Origin: an uncultured Oscillospiraceae bacterium | Lineage (GTDB): Bacteria > Bacillota > Clostridia > Oscillospirales > Oscillospiraceae | Direction: 5' to 3' | Assembly (NCBI GenBank): GCA_964495095.1 | Contig: CAZBUH010000001.1 | Location: 2,491 to 66,490, forward strand | Length of the DNA: 64,000 bases | Shown here: positions 55,730 through 64,000 of the stretch, one piece after another | Layout: each line of letters opens with the position of its first letter | How positions within the stretch are numbered: position 1 is the first letter of the stretch | Translations under genes and position numbers: made by a program | The notes under the pieces: model-generated | Seen by the model: only the letters and a program-made list of their open reading frames with translations | Told to the model about the DNA's origin: nothing | Databases searched by the model: none

Positions 55730-56273
55730 AAGACCTCTCCTCCTGTAAATACGCCTTTGCCTTAAGTACCGCAATAACTGTTTTGCCGTCGGCTATCTCA
55801 TTATTCATTATCATCCCGACCAGCTTATCAACGCTCATTTTTTCCACTTTCAGAAATTCGTCCTCGTCGAGGTGCATTTGGCCGCTGTGAAGGCCCCTGG
55901 CCATATAGATATGGAGTATCTCTTCGCAAAAACCGGGAGAAGGATACGTTTCGCCCAGATATATCATCTCGTCGGCCATGTAACCGGTCTCCTCGCTGAG
56001 CTCTCTTACAGCGCACTGGAGAGGCTCCTCTCCCTGCTCCATTTTTCCGGCGGGTATTTCAAGAAGCTCCCTGCCGAAGGGATAACGGAACTGGCGGACC
56101 ATCGTCACATCGCCGTTTTCATCTATCGGTATTATCCCAACTCCGCCGGGGTGCTCAACAACCTCCCTGGGCACCTGCTTCCCGTTAATAAGCTCCGCCT
56201 TATCCAGCCGGACGTTTACTATAAGCCCGCTATATACTGTGCTTTTTGAGACACATTTTTCTTTGATTTCCAT
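55719..56273 (-). CDS. NUDIX hydrolase (ADP-ribose pyrophosphatase-like)
   Basis: Nudix box GKMEQGEEPLQCAVRELSEETGY. The start is ATG 56273 (MEIKEKC..). Confidence 0.85.
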   Translation of the reverse strand: MEIKEKCVSKSTVYSGLIVNVRLDKAELINGKQVPREVVEHPGGVGIIPIDENGDVTMVRQFRYPFGRELLEIPAGKMEQGEEPLQCAVRELSEETGYMADEMIYLGETYPSPGFCEEILHIYMARGLHSGQMHLDEDEFLKVEKMSVDKLVGMIMNNEIADGKTVIAVLKAKAYLQEERSCGR

Positions 56274-56430
56274 AATACCACCATCATATTTGCCATACAT
56301 TTTGTTTTTATTATACACCCTGTACCTGGAAAAATAAAGCGTAAAAAGCGGCAAATTTTCCTTTTAACTTGAGCCAACCTGTGTTATACTGTATTTTAGC
56401 CTGATTTGTCCAATGAGAGGGGGCCGGGAA

Positions 56431-56904
56431 ATGCCGAAAAGTCAGGGCGTAAAAGTTGCCGCACAGAACAGAAAGGCCTATCACGATTACTTCATTCTTG
56501 AAAAATACGAGGCCGGTATAGAGCTTGCGGGAACGGAGGTAAAATCCATCCGCCAGGGTACCCTGAATTTGAAGGACTCCTTCTGCACTATAAAGGATGG
56601 CCAGCTTATCCTCCGCAATATGCACATAAGCCCATATGAGAAAGGCAATATTTTCAATAAGGACCCGATGCGTCCCAGGCGCCTGCTTATGCACAAAAAG
56701 GAGATAGCAAAGCTGTCGGGACGGATACAGCAGGACGGACTGACGCTTGTACCGCTGAGCGTTTATTTTAAAAATTCACTTGTAAAAATTGAGCTTGGTC
56801 TTGCAAAAGGCAAAAGGCTTCACGACAAGCGGGACGCTATGGCGTCGAGAGACGCCGGCCGCGAAATGGACAGAATAATCAAAGAAAGGAACACAAGAAT
56901 ATGA
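56431..56904 (+). CDS. smpB: SsrA-binding protein
   Basis: Contains NRKAYHDYFILEKYEAGIELAGTEVKS and a basic C-terminal tail. ATG 56431 is preferred. Confidence 0.93.
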   Translation: MPKSQGVKVAAQNRKAYHDYFILEKYEAGIELAGTEVKSIRQGTLNLKDSFCTIKDGQLILRNMHISPYEKGNIFNKDPMRPRRLLMHKKEIAKLSGRIQQDGLTLVPLSVYFKNSLVKIELGLAKGKRLHDKRDAMASRDAGREMDRIIKERNTRI

Positions 56905-57419
56905 GTAATCCGATAGTTACCATTGAAATGGAAAACGGCAAAATCATCAAGGCGGAACTCTATCCCGATACAGCTCCAAATACAGTAAACAATTTCATCT
57001 CTCTTGCCGGCAAAGGCTTTTATGACGGGCTTATCTTCCACAGGGTCATAGAGGGCTTTATGATACAGGGCGGCGACCCTCTCGGAAAAGGGACCGGCGG
57101 CCCCGGCTACTCCATCCGCGGAGAATTTGCCGCAAACGGTTTTAAAAACGATTTAAAGCACAGCCGCGGCGTTCTCTCCATGGCTCGCTCCATGATGCCC
57201 GATTCCGCCGGCAGCCAGTTTTTTATTATGCACGCTTCCGCTCCCCATCTGGACGGGCAGTACGCCGCTTTCGGCAAGGTCATTGAGGGCATTGAGGTTG
57301 TCGATGAGATAGCCGGCGCCGATGTTGACTTTAACGACAAGCCGCTTAAGGACCAGCGTATGGCTAAAGTTACCGTAGATACCCTCGGCGTCGATTATCC
57401 CCAGCCGGAAAAGGTATGA
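56901..57419 (+). CDS. ppiB: peptidylprolyl isomerase, cyclophilin type
   Basis: Contains FHRVIEGFMIQGGDP, SAGSQFFI and AFGKVIEG. Confidence 0.92.
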   Translation: MSNPIVTIEMENGKIIKAELYPDTAPNTVNNFISLAGKGFYDGLIFHRVIEGFMIQGGDPLGKGTGGPGYSIRGEFAANGFKNDLKHSRGVLSMARSMMPDSAGSQFFIMHASAPHLDGQYAAFGKVIEGIEVVDEIAGADVDFNDKPLKDQRMAKVTVDTLGVDYPQPEKV

Positions 57420-58174
57420 ATACCGCTGTAATTACCGGCGCTTCTGCCGGACTTGGCCGTGAGTTTGCGCTTCAGGCGTCAAAAAAGTTCCCGGATATTG
57501 AAGAATACTGGGTTATAGCCCGCCGGGCCGACAAACTGGAGGAGCTCAAAACTCTTATGGCCCCTAAAAGTGTCCGTATTTTTCCCCTTGACTTGTGCGA
57601 CGAAAAGAGTTTTAATATACTCTCCGGTGAGCTTCAGAAGTCAAAGCCGCAGGTATCGCTGCTGATAAATAATTCCGGCTGCGGATATCTCAATAATGTC
57701 GGAGACGGTTCTCTGGACGAGCAGCTTCGCATGGTTGACCTTAATCTCCGTGCGCTGACGGCTGTGTCCCATATTGTCATTCCGTATATGATAAACGGCG
57801 GCAGAATAATCAACATATCGTCCATCGCCTCCTTCTGCCCAAATCCGCGGATGACTGTCTACAGCGCCGGAAAATCCTATGTATCCGCGTTCAGCCGCGG
57901 AATAGGCTACGAGCTAAAGCCCAGGAAAATAACGGTCACAGCCGTCTGCCCAGGGCCTATGGACACTGAGTTTATATACCTCGGAAAAATCAAGGGCGAC
58001 TCAAAAACCTTTGACACTCTCCCCTACTGCGTGCCTGAGAAGGTCGTGGCGGGTGCGCTAAACGCAGCCGTCAAGGGGCGGGAAGTCTATACGCCGACGG
58101 CGTTCTATAAATTTTACAGGTTTTTGGCAAAGATTTTACCCCAGAAGCTTATGATTCATTTTACAACGACTTAA
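57416..58174 (+). CDS. SDR family oxidoreductase
   Basis: TGASAGLG cofactor motif, NNSG, and the catalytic YSAGK. Confidence 0.85.
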   Translation: MNTAVITGASAGLGREFALQASKKFPDIEEYWVIARRADKLEELKTLMAPKSVRIFPLDLCDEKSFNILSGELQKSKPQVSLLINNSGCGYLNNVGDGSLDEQLRMVDLNLRALTAVSHIVIPYMINGGRIINISSIASFCPNPRMTVYSAGKSYVSAFSRGIGYELKPRKITVTAVCPGPMDTEFIYLGKIKGDSKTFDTLPYCVPEKVVAGALNAAVKGREVYTPTAFYKFYRFLAKILPQKLMIHFTTT

Positions 58175-58219
58175 TTTACTGATTAACCTACATACGGGCC
58201 GCATCCCGGCCCGTTATAT

Positions 58220-58575
58220 GGGGGTGTACCGGTTTCGACGGGGGTGTGGAGGCCGGAATAGCGGGCGGATGCGCCTAACATCCATAAAATGGGCAACTTA
58301 TAAATTAAAGAACAACGATTCTTTAGAATTAGCGGCTGCTTAACGCCGCTCGCTCCCCCGGAGAGGGCCACGGCTTCGGGCTGAGCGTCACTTAGTGGCG
58401 TCCGTGAGTGTGCAAAGCTTTGAGTACACCATGCACAATGAAGCTACCGAATTCTGACGCGTGACGGTTTGCGTCATAATAAGGGAACTGGCTATGCCGA
58501 AATAACCGCCTGCGCCCGGAGAAGTTCCTGTTAAAACACTTTCGGACAGGGGTTCAACTCCCCTCACCTCCACCA
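58220..58575 (+). ncRNA. ssrA: transfer-messenger RNA
   Basis: 5' GGGGGTGTACCGGTTTCGACGGGG and 3' GGACAGGGGTTCAACTCCCCTCACCTCCACCA form an acceptor stem with a G3:U70 pair. The internal tag ORF GCA ACT TAT AAA .. GCG GCT GCT TAA gives ATYKLKNNDSLELAAA. smpB lies 1.3 kb upstream. Confidence 0.93.
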
Positions 58576-58697
58576 AAACCATATTACTCAAACCTTTATT
58601 GCTATGTCGGCGGTTGTGCCGTGACAATTTGGTTTGGGTGATTTATGATAAAAAGCCAAAGAGTATTTTTTGCTCTTTGGCTCAGAGTATCGAAAAA

Positions 58698-58720
58698 GTC
58701 CGGCATTTTGCCGGGCTTTT
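58698..58720 (+). terminator. possible terminator downstream of ssrA
   Basis: 7-bp stem GTCCGGC / GCCGGGC (one G:U) followed by TTTT. Confidence 0.45.
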
Positions 58721-58758
58721 CCCATTTTCCATGCTGGAATAGCGGCGGGTGATGCAAG

Positions 58759-59094
58759 ATGCCGGAACGCGGAAAATTTGACTGGATATCGGAGAAAATC
58801 GCGGGCGCCGTCGTACGCATCCCCGGAGCAGTGTTTGCAGATGGTGCCCATGCTAGAGCCGATTCAAGCATCAAGAAGGCAGTAAAAGAAAAGATTCCCG
58901 TCGCGGCCAGGCGTTATGCCGAGAAACTTATGGAGGAGGTAAACGCAGACCGTGAGGCCCATGGGAAGAAGCCGTTTGCAGAGGATGCCCGGTACACACC
59001 AATGTACAGGCGGCTGTACGGGCCGCGAAAAGAGACAATAGAGCGTGTATTTGCGGATGCCAGTGAGCGGCACGGAATGCGATTTTTACATTAA
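58759..59094 (+). pseudogene. transposase remnant (IS1182-like blocks, DDE core missing)
   Basis: The 111-aa ORF carries DREAHGKKPF and a C-terminal-type block RKETIERVFADASERHGMR, as recalled from IS1182-family transposases. There is no catalytic core and no terminal repeats were seen. It stops where the converging gene ends. Confidence 0.5.
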
Positions 59095-59095
59095 A

Positions 59096-60481
59096 TTATA
59101 TTTTCACGCACCAGCTTTTAAGGAAAGCCAGCTTTTCCTCCCGACCGGCCTCTGTAGAGGCTGCGCCGCGGCATGCCTCATAAAAGCCCTCGGTGTCCAC
59201 CCTGACGCCCGCAGTGTCCCAAACAGCCATATAGTCTTTATAAATTATATTGTAAAGCTCCTTTCTTCTGTCCGTTATGTCCAGTGAAAAGAAGTCCCGC
59301 GCCGTTATTTTATTGTTGTGGCTGTCCGTGCAGTGGAGGTACGGGCCGGTTATAAAGCGCTCGTCCACCTTGTAGGTGTCGTTGAATATTGGCTTTTCCG
59401 TCATCCTTATTTCAAGCTCCGTGCCGTATTCTGAGGCGCACTGGCATAAATCGTAAAACACCTTAAAATAATTGTCGGTAACGTCCTCGTTGCCGTATAC
59501 AAGGCGGAAAGTCTCGCTCCACGGCGCCACGGTGAGCACCTTTATTTTCAAATCCCTGGAATTTTTGCAGCAGGCACATATGGCTTTCCTGAAGGACACC
59601 TTCGCTGTCATAATCAGCCTGTAGCCGGATATCCACAGCTCCTCCGAGGCATTGGGAATTATGGATTCCAGAAGCTCATCCTTATAAAATTGCAGATTTT
59701 CTATACCGAAGCTCTTTAAAGTGTTTATGTACTCGTCATTTTTTGACTCCCGGTATTTAAGTACGGAGTCTGATAAAAGGCACAGCGCTGAGGCAATAAG
59801 CGACGTGGCCACTGCGATGGAGAGCTCATGGAGCACCCCGTCGCCCGTAAGGAGCCAGGAGGTCAAAAACAGCGCAGTCAAAATTACAAGCAGAGCCAGG
59901 AAAATGAAATTTCCCGTCAGCCGGTACTGCTTTATTATCTGCCGCTTTGTCTGGGACGCCGGCGAATAGTGGTAGTAGACCGTGTCTATCCCATCCCCCC
60001 GGTCGTCCTTTATCCGGCGGTGCTCAAAAAACCTGTGGGACAGGAGTATGCGGGTGTGGGAGTAATTTGTGGACCACGTGCGGGTAAATATGTGGTATTC
60101 TCTGAATTTATTGAGAAGCGTCTCATAAAACTGATTCGTAACGCCCCGGTTCCGGCACATCGGATGGACTATAACTGTGGTGATATACAAATTCGGCAGA
60201 TATTCCGGCGATATCTCCCGGCAGATATAGTTCCGCTTAAACGACATAAAGCCTATTACCTTCCGCCCCTCAAGCGCCACAAACGCCTCCTGCCGGCTCA
60301 GGGCTTCAAAATATTCCTCCGGTATCCGGGACTCCGCCTCCTGCCCCTTTAGGAAGCTCTGGGTGGTGGAATTGCGCTGTGAAAGGGGTGGCACAAACTC
60401 GCTGTCGCAGAGGGTAAGCAGTTCCTTTATTCCCGACAGGATGTTTTCTCTTTTTACATGCTTATAGTATTTTATCGTCAT
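59096..60481 (-). CDS. membrane-anchored GNAT acetyltransferase-domain protein with an unassigned C-terminal domain
   Basis: 461 aa. The GNAT motif A region is VIVHPMCRNRGVTNQFYETLLNKF. Two TM segments follow (FIFLALLVILTALFLTSWLL, LSIAVATSLIASALCLLSDSVL), then a ~210-aa soluble C-terminal domain. A GAGGGGGA RBS is present. Confidence 0.8.
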   Translation of the reverse strand: MTIKYYKHVKRENILSGIKELLTLCDSEFVPPLSQRNSTTQSFLKGQEAESRIPEEYFEALSRQEAFVALEGRKVIGFMSFKRNYICREISPEYLPNLYITTVIVHPMCRNRGVTNQFYETLLNKFREYHIFTRTWSTNYSHTRILLSHRFFEHRRIKDDRGDGIDTVYYHYSPASQTKRQIIKQYRLTGNFIFLALLVILTALFLTSWLLTGDGVLHELSIAVATSLIASALCLLSDSVLKYRESKNDEYINTLKSFGIENLQFYKDELLESIIPNASEELWISGYRLIMTAKVSFRKAICACCKNSRDLKIKVLTVAPWSETFRLVYGNEDVTDNYFKVFYDLCQCASEYGTELEIRMTEKPIFNDTYKVDERFITGPYLHCTDSHNNKITARDFFSLDITDRRKELYNIIYKDYMAVWDTAGVRVDTEGFYEACRGAASTEAGREEKLAFLKSWCVKI

Positions 60482-60525
60482 ATCCGGTCCCCCTCACAGT
60501 TTTTGAACAGTCGTTTAATACTCAA

Positions 60526-60560
60526 ATAAAAAGACGACATGCCGAAGCACGCCGTCTTTT
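60526..60560 (-). terminator. terminator after tRNA-Arg
   Basis: The minus strand reads AAAGACGGCGTGCTTCGGCATGTCGTCTTTTT, with a GACG/CGTC-based stem and a T run. Confidence 0.55.
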
Positions 60561-60562
60561 GC

Positions 60563-60639
60563 TGGTACGCCAGAAGGGACTCGAACCCCCGATCTCACGG
60601 TTCGTAGCCGTGCACTCTATCCAGCTGAGCTACTGGCGC
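60563..60639 (-). tRNA. tRNA-Arg (anticodon ACG)
   Basis: 77-nt cloverleaf with encoded CCA: GCGCCAG TA GCTC AGCTGGATA GAGT G CACGG CT-ACG-AA CCGTG AGATC GGGGG TTCGAGT CCCTT CTGGCGT A CCA. Confidence 0.9.
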
Positions 60640-60768
60640 ATACCATTTTTTGAACGCTTCAATATGATATCACAGCTTTTTATAAAAATCAACCTCTATC
60701 ATAAATTTTCTTCAAATTTTTTCTTCTGTCCCATACATCTTTTATATGATATTATTTCACAACTGGAA

Positions 60769-60797
60769 TTGACTTTTATCCATATAGACCTTAAAAT
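60769..60797 (+). promoter_or_regulatory. sigma-A type promoter for the SLH/L,D-transpeptidase gene
   Basis: TTGACT, a 17-nt spacer, then TAAAAT, ~40 nt upstream of the ATG. Confidence 0.55.
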
Positions 60798-60836
60798 AGA
60801 AAATATCGCTATCTGAATCAGTTTAGGGGAATCAAG

Positions 60837-62966
60837 ATGAACGCAAAAGCAAAGATCATATCCGCAGTTCTTGCACTGGCAATCGTATTTACACACAGCG
60901 CAGTTCCAATTTCCGCTCTCTGGGAGGATTACCCGGACGGCCAGGGGCACTGGGCGGAGGCCACGCTGAAGCGGGCCGTTGATGACGGCATACTTCAGGG
61001 CAGCGGGAACAGCCTCAATCCCGACGGGAACATCACACTGGCCCAGGTTGTGACCATAATAAACCGTGTGCTTAAAACAGACGTCACCTCCGAGACCACG
61101 CTTTCAGGCCCATATGAAGCAGACTGGTACTGGGACGACATGCTCAAGGCGCAGGCGCTGGGCCTTATCTCCCCCTCGTCAAAATCTGAAATGACGGCAC
61201 CGATAACACGTTCCGCAGTGTTTTCGATTTTCGGAGAGGCGTTTCAGTTAAACGCGGCGGAGACAGACTATTCGTCGCTCAAGGGCTTTACCGATTCCGG
61301 CCTTCTGACGGGGGCCGCCAAGGACGCCGCCGCGGCTATGGCAGGCAAAGGGATCCTCACCGGCGCCAACGGGTATCTGAATCCCGGCAGTTATATCACC
61401 CGGGCTGAATTTGTGACCCTCCTCTACAGGATTTTGGATACATATTCGATTTACGACTGCACCGCAAGGAGCGTCTCTGTAAGCTCTTCCGAAAAGGCCG
61501 CTCTCGTGCGCAGCTCCTCCATATCCGGCCTTTACATTAACGGCTCCGTACCTGAGCTCTGCATCGCATCCCTTTCCGGGAACGTCAGCGTGTCTCCATA
61601 CGCCTCCGTGCCGCTTGTTAAGATTGGCGCCGGCTCGGGAAACGTCTCCGTATCCGGCTCTGTAAAAAATGTTGAGATAACCGGCGGAGGGCGGAATATA
61701 ACCATATCCGGATATTCAGTAAAATCCGTTAAAATAAGCGGCAGCGGCAACACAGTCAGCATCGCCTCGGGCCTTTCCCTGGACGAGCTTAAAATAACCG
61801 GCGGCAATAATACCGTAATTTTAAACGGCAAAACGGCGCTGCTCAGCGTCTCCGGCTCCGAAAACGAAATCTCCGGCTCCGGCTCAGTACAGGAGGCTTC
61901 CATAAACACCGCCAGGTGCTCCGTCGCGCTGAAATCCGGCTACGGCGCTTCAAAGCTGGATGGCACCGAAGTAATCCTTTCCGCCCCGGACAAGGTGCCT
62001 GCCGGCGGCTCCCTTACAGTCACAGCGAGCTTCGAGACCAACTTATCCGATACGGCTGTCGCCGCCCAGTGGTACAAAAACGGCGAGGCGCTTTACGGAT
62101 ATTCAAACAGTGAATTTATAATTTCCGCCGACGCTTCCTCATCATACACCCCGGAGATAATCTTCACCGAGGATATGGACGAGGAAATAACCGTCGGCCT
62201 CTCCCTCACCTATTCCACAAACGGCGAATTCCGGTATATTTACAAAGAGATCACCGTGCCCATAGAAAACTACTCCCAGCAGTATTATTTAAAGCCTGAA
62301 ATAGACCGGGTTCAAAAACTCGTAAAAACCTACGAATATCCCGCCACTATCCGCACCTCCTGCTCGCTGTACAAAAGCGGCGATCTCTCCGGCTGGATTC
62401 AGACGCTGGATCGCGGAACCACCGGCACCTGTATATACAGGAACGGTTTTTACTCCATGAAAATAAGGCTTTCCAACGGCGTTACAGGTTGGGTAAAATA
62501 TTCAAACGTATCCCTCGGCACAGGAAATTACACACGCTCTGAGGACTATACCGCATCCGATAAGGAGCTGTGGGTAAATTCAATGGGTTATTCCAGCTCC
62601 ACCAACTACCTGGTCTGGGTAAACCTCGGCTGCCAGAAGGTAAACGTGTTCCAGGGCTCCGAGGGAAACTGGGAGCTTATAAAAACCTTCTCCTGCGCTT
62701 CCGGCCGGTCGTCTACCCCCTCCCCAATGGGCACCTTTAAAATAATTTACAAAATGGACAGGTGGAATTTCGGCTCCTACTACTGCGGCCCTGTCACCGG
62801 ATTTTACGGCGAGTACGCCTTCCATTCATGGCTGCACACGCCCAGCGGCGGCCAGTACGACTACACCATGGGCCGTCCCGCCTCCCACGGCTGCATCCGC
62901 ATGGAGGACGAGGGCGCGAAATACATGTATTCCCTGCCGTTTAATACCACAGTTGTTGTATTCTGA
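60837..62966 (+). CDS. secreted SLH-domain protein with a beta-helix-like repeat region, an SH3b-like domain and a C-terminal L,D-transpeptidase (YkuD) domain
   Basis: Signal peptide; SLH-like segments (GHWAEATLKRAVDDGIL, ITRAEFVTLLYRIL); ~17-aa G-x-N-[VI]-[ST]-[VI]-S-G repeats at aa ~240-340; a YkuD catalytic block HSW..GRPASHGCIRM. Confidence 0.82.
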   Translation: MNAKAKIISAVLALAIVFTHSAVPISALWEDYPDGQGHWAEATLKRAVDDGILQGSGNSLNPDGNITLAQVVTIINRVLKTDVTSETTLSGPYEADWYWDDMLKAQALGLISPSSKSEMTAPITRSAVFSIFGEAFQLNAAETDYSSLKGFTDSGLLTGAAKDAAAAMAGKGILTGANGYLNPGSYITRAEFVTLLYRILDTYSIYDCTARSVSVSSSEKAALVRSSSISGLYINGSVPELCIASLSGNVSVSPYASVPLVKIGAGSGNVSVSGSVKNVEITGGGRNITISGYSVKSVKISGSGNTVSIASGLSLDELKITGGNNTVILNGKTALLSVSGSENEISGSGSVQEASINTARCSVALKSGYGASKLDGTEVILSAPDKVPAGGSLTVTASFETNLSDTAVAAQWYKNGEALYGYSNSEFIISADASSSYTPEIIFTEDMDEEITVGLSLTYSTNGEFRYIYKEITVPIENYSQQYYLKPEIDRVQKLVKTYEYPATIRTSCSLYKSGDLSGWIQTLDRGTTGTCIYRNGFYSMKIRLSNGVTGWVKYSNVSLGTGNYTRSEDYTASDKELWVNSMGYSSSTNYLVWVNLGCQKVNVFQGSEGNWELIKTFSCASGRSSTPSPMGTFKIIYKMDRWNFGSYYCGPVTGFYGEYAFHSWLHTPSGGQYDYTMGRPASHGCIRMEDEGAKYMYSLPFNTTVVVF

Positions 62967-62987
62967 ATTTACAAAGGAGGCACAAAA

Positions 62988-63473
62988 ATGGAACGCACAG
63001 ACAAGGAAAATTACTATCTGGATATAGCGGAAACTGTTGCAAAACGCTCTACCTGCCTGCGCCGCAAATACGGCGCTATTATCGTCCGGAACGATGAAAT
63101 AGTGTCCACCGGCTACAACGGCGCTCCGAGGGGCCGCAAAAACTGCTCAGACGTGGGCTTTTGCGTCAGGGACAGCCTGAATATCCCCACGGGGCAGAGA
63201 TATGAGCTGTGCCGCAGCGTACACGCCGAGGCAAACGCCATAATCTCCGCCGCAAGGAACGAGGTCATCGGCGGCACACTGTATCTCACTGGCCGAAGCA
63301 GCAAAACAGGCGAGCTTCTCAGCGACACCACCCCCTGCTTTATGTGCAGGCGGTACATAATAAACGCCGGCATCACAAAGGTAGTCTGCCGCACAGGCGA
63401 AAGCAGCTACACCGTCACAAACGTGCGGGACTGGGTATTTAACGACGAATCGCTGGACATCGCCGACGTATAA
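62988..63473 (+). CDS. comEB: dCMP deaminase family protein (ComEB-like)
   Basis: Zinc-ligand motifs HAEANAI and PCFMCRRYIINAGI; 161 aa. Confidence 0.88.
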   Translation: MERTDKENYYLDIAETVAKRSTCLRRKYGAIIVRNDEIVSTGYNGAPRGRKNCSDVGFCVRDSLNIPTGQRYELCRSVHAEANAIISAARNEVIGGTLYLTGRSSKTGELLSDTTPCFMCRRYIINAGITKVVCRTGESSYTVTNVRDWVFNDESLDIADV

Positions 63474-63495
63474 AAACAGCTAAGGAGAGAGAGAA

Positions 63496-64000
63496 ATGAA
63501 ATTTATCGGGAAGAACTGGAAAGGCATTCTCGTCTGCCTCTGCATCGCCGTCCCCGGATGGTTTTTCGGAAACCTTGTGCCCGTAGTTGGCGGTCCTGTT
63601 TTCGCCATCGTCGTGGGCATGGTCATATCCCTCTTCTGGAAGGATAAAAAGGACGCCCAGACCGGCATCGCCTTTACGTCGAAAAAGATACTGCAATACG
63701 CGGTAATTCTGCTGGGCTTTGGACTGAACATCACCAAGGTGCTTGAGGTCGGAAAGCAGTCGCTGCCCATAATTCTGGCCACCGTATTCACTTCCCTCAT
63801 AATAGCCTTTGTACTGTGCAAGGTGCTGAAAGTCCCGTCAAAAACCGCCACGCTTGTGGGCGTAGGCTCCTCCATCTGCGGAGGCTCTGCCATCGCCGCC
63901 ACAGCCCCGGTCATCGGCGCGGATGACGAGGAGATTGCACAGTCCATATCGGTAATTTTCCTCTTTAATGTAATAGCCGCCATCATCTTCCCCACTTTGG
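63496..64000 (+). CDS. YeiH/UPF0324 family putative sulfate exporter, N-terminal part (runs off the right edge)
   Basis: Manual translation from ATG 63496 gives MKFIGKNWKGILVCLCIAVPGWFFGNL..LVGVGSSICGGSAIAATAPVIGA... It is polytopic and absent from the ORF track because it is open-ended. Confidence 0.75.
   Translation, partial: MKFIGKNWKGILVCLCIAVPGWFFGNLVPVVGGPVFAIVVGMVISLFWKDKKDAQTGIAFTSKKILQYAVILLGFGLNITKVLEVGKQSLPIILATVFTSLIIAFVLCKVLKVPSKTATLVGVGSSICGGSAIAATAPVIGADDEEIAQSISVIFLFNVIAAIIFPTL

Noticed and set aside
58183-58885. Several 60-90-aa ORFs on both strands across ssrA and its downstream region
   Set aside because: They overlap the tmRNA gene or its terminators and have no RBS or motifs.
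60490-60497. Possible att-type duplicate of the tmRNA 3' end (CCCCTCAC) near the far end of the islet
   Set aside because: Only 8 nt match, which is too short to distinguish from chance. No longer duplicate of the ssrA 3' end was seen.
61532-61909. 125-aa minus-strand ORF inside the repeat region of the SLH/Ldt gene
   Set aside because: It is a shadow frame generated by the repetitive Gly/Ser-coding sequence on the + strand.
1-64000. CRISPR arrays, intact IS elements, prophage or integrative-element boundaries
   Set aside because: No spaced identical repeats, no complete transposase with terminal inverted repeats and no phage-like gene cluster were seen anywhere in the window.

Overview
This is a 64-kb chromosomal segment from a moderately GC-rich, spore-forming Firmicute. 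The class Clostridia is an inference from gene content (cwlD, site-2 protease, PPi-PFK, GlnRS, TIGR03960/TIGR03936 pair); no search was run. All family calls come from motifs read by eye. Coding is dense and mostly housekeeping. It includes nadB (partial), a split chromate-transporter pair, uppP, ftsK, a MATE pump, two OmpR-type two-component systems (one WalRK-like with YycH/YycI-like partners) and an ECF sigma/anti-sigma pair. It also includes mini-RNase III, rqcH, feoAB, PPi- and ATP-dependent phosphofructokinases, fba, ktrBA, a tyrosine recombinase-MBOAT-DHHW block, radA, cwlD, an alanine/Na symporter and a radical-SAM pair of unknown function. The remaining genes are punA, valS (T-box), trxA plus an atypical trxB, glnS, phosphoglucomutase, rlmH, murA, smpB, ppiB, tmRNA, tRNA-Arg, an SLH/L,D-transpeptidase, dCMP deaminase and yeiH (partial). 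Three small islets interrupt the core, two of them visibly AT-richer than the core. (a) At 22.9-23.6 kb there is an AT-rich orphan gene. (b) At 32.3-34.3 kb an AT-rich islet carries a consensus promoter, FMN riboswitch, ribU and a 231-aa protein that fuses a riboflavin-kinase domain to an OmpR/PhoB winged-helix DNA-binding domain. Phased TTCCGAAA direct repeats abut its promoter. This is the best candidate for an undescribed flavin-sensing one-component regulator layered on a riboswitch. (c) At 58.2-60.6 kb the order is tmRNA, IS-transposase remnant, a GNAT-2TM-unknown-domain protein, then tRNA-Arg. No CRISPR array, intact mobile element or prophage was seen.
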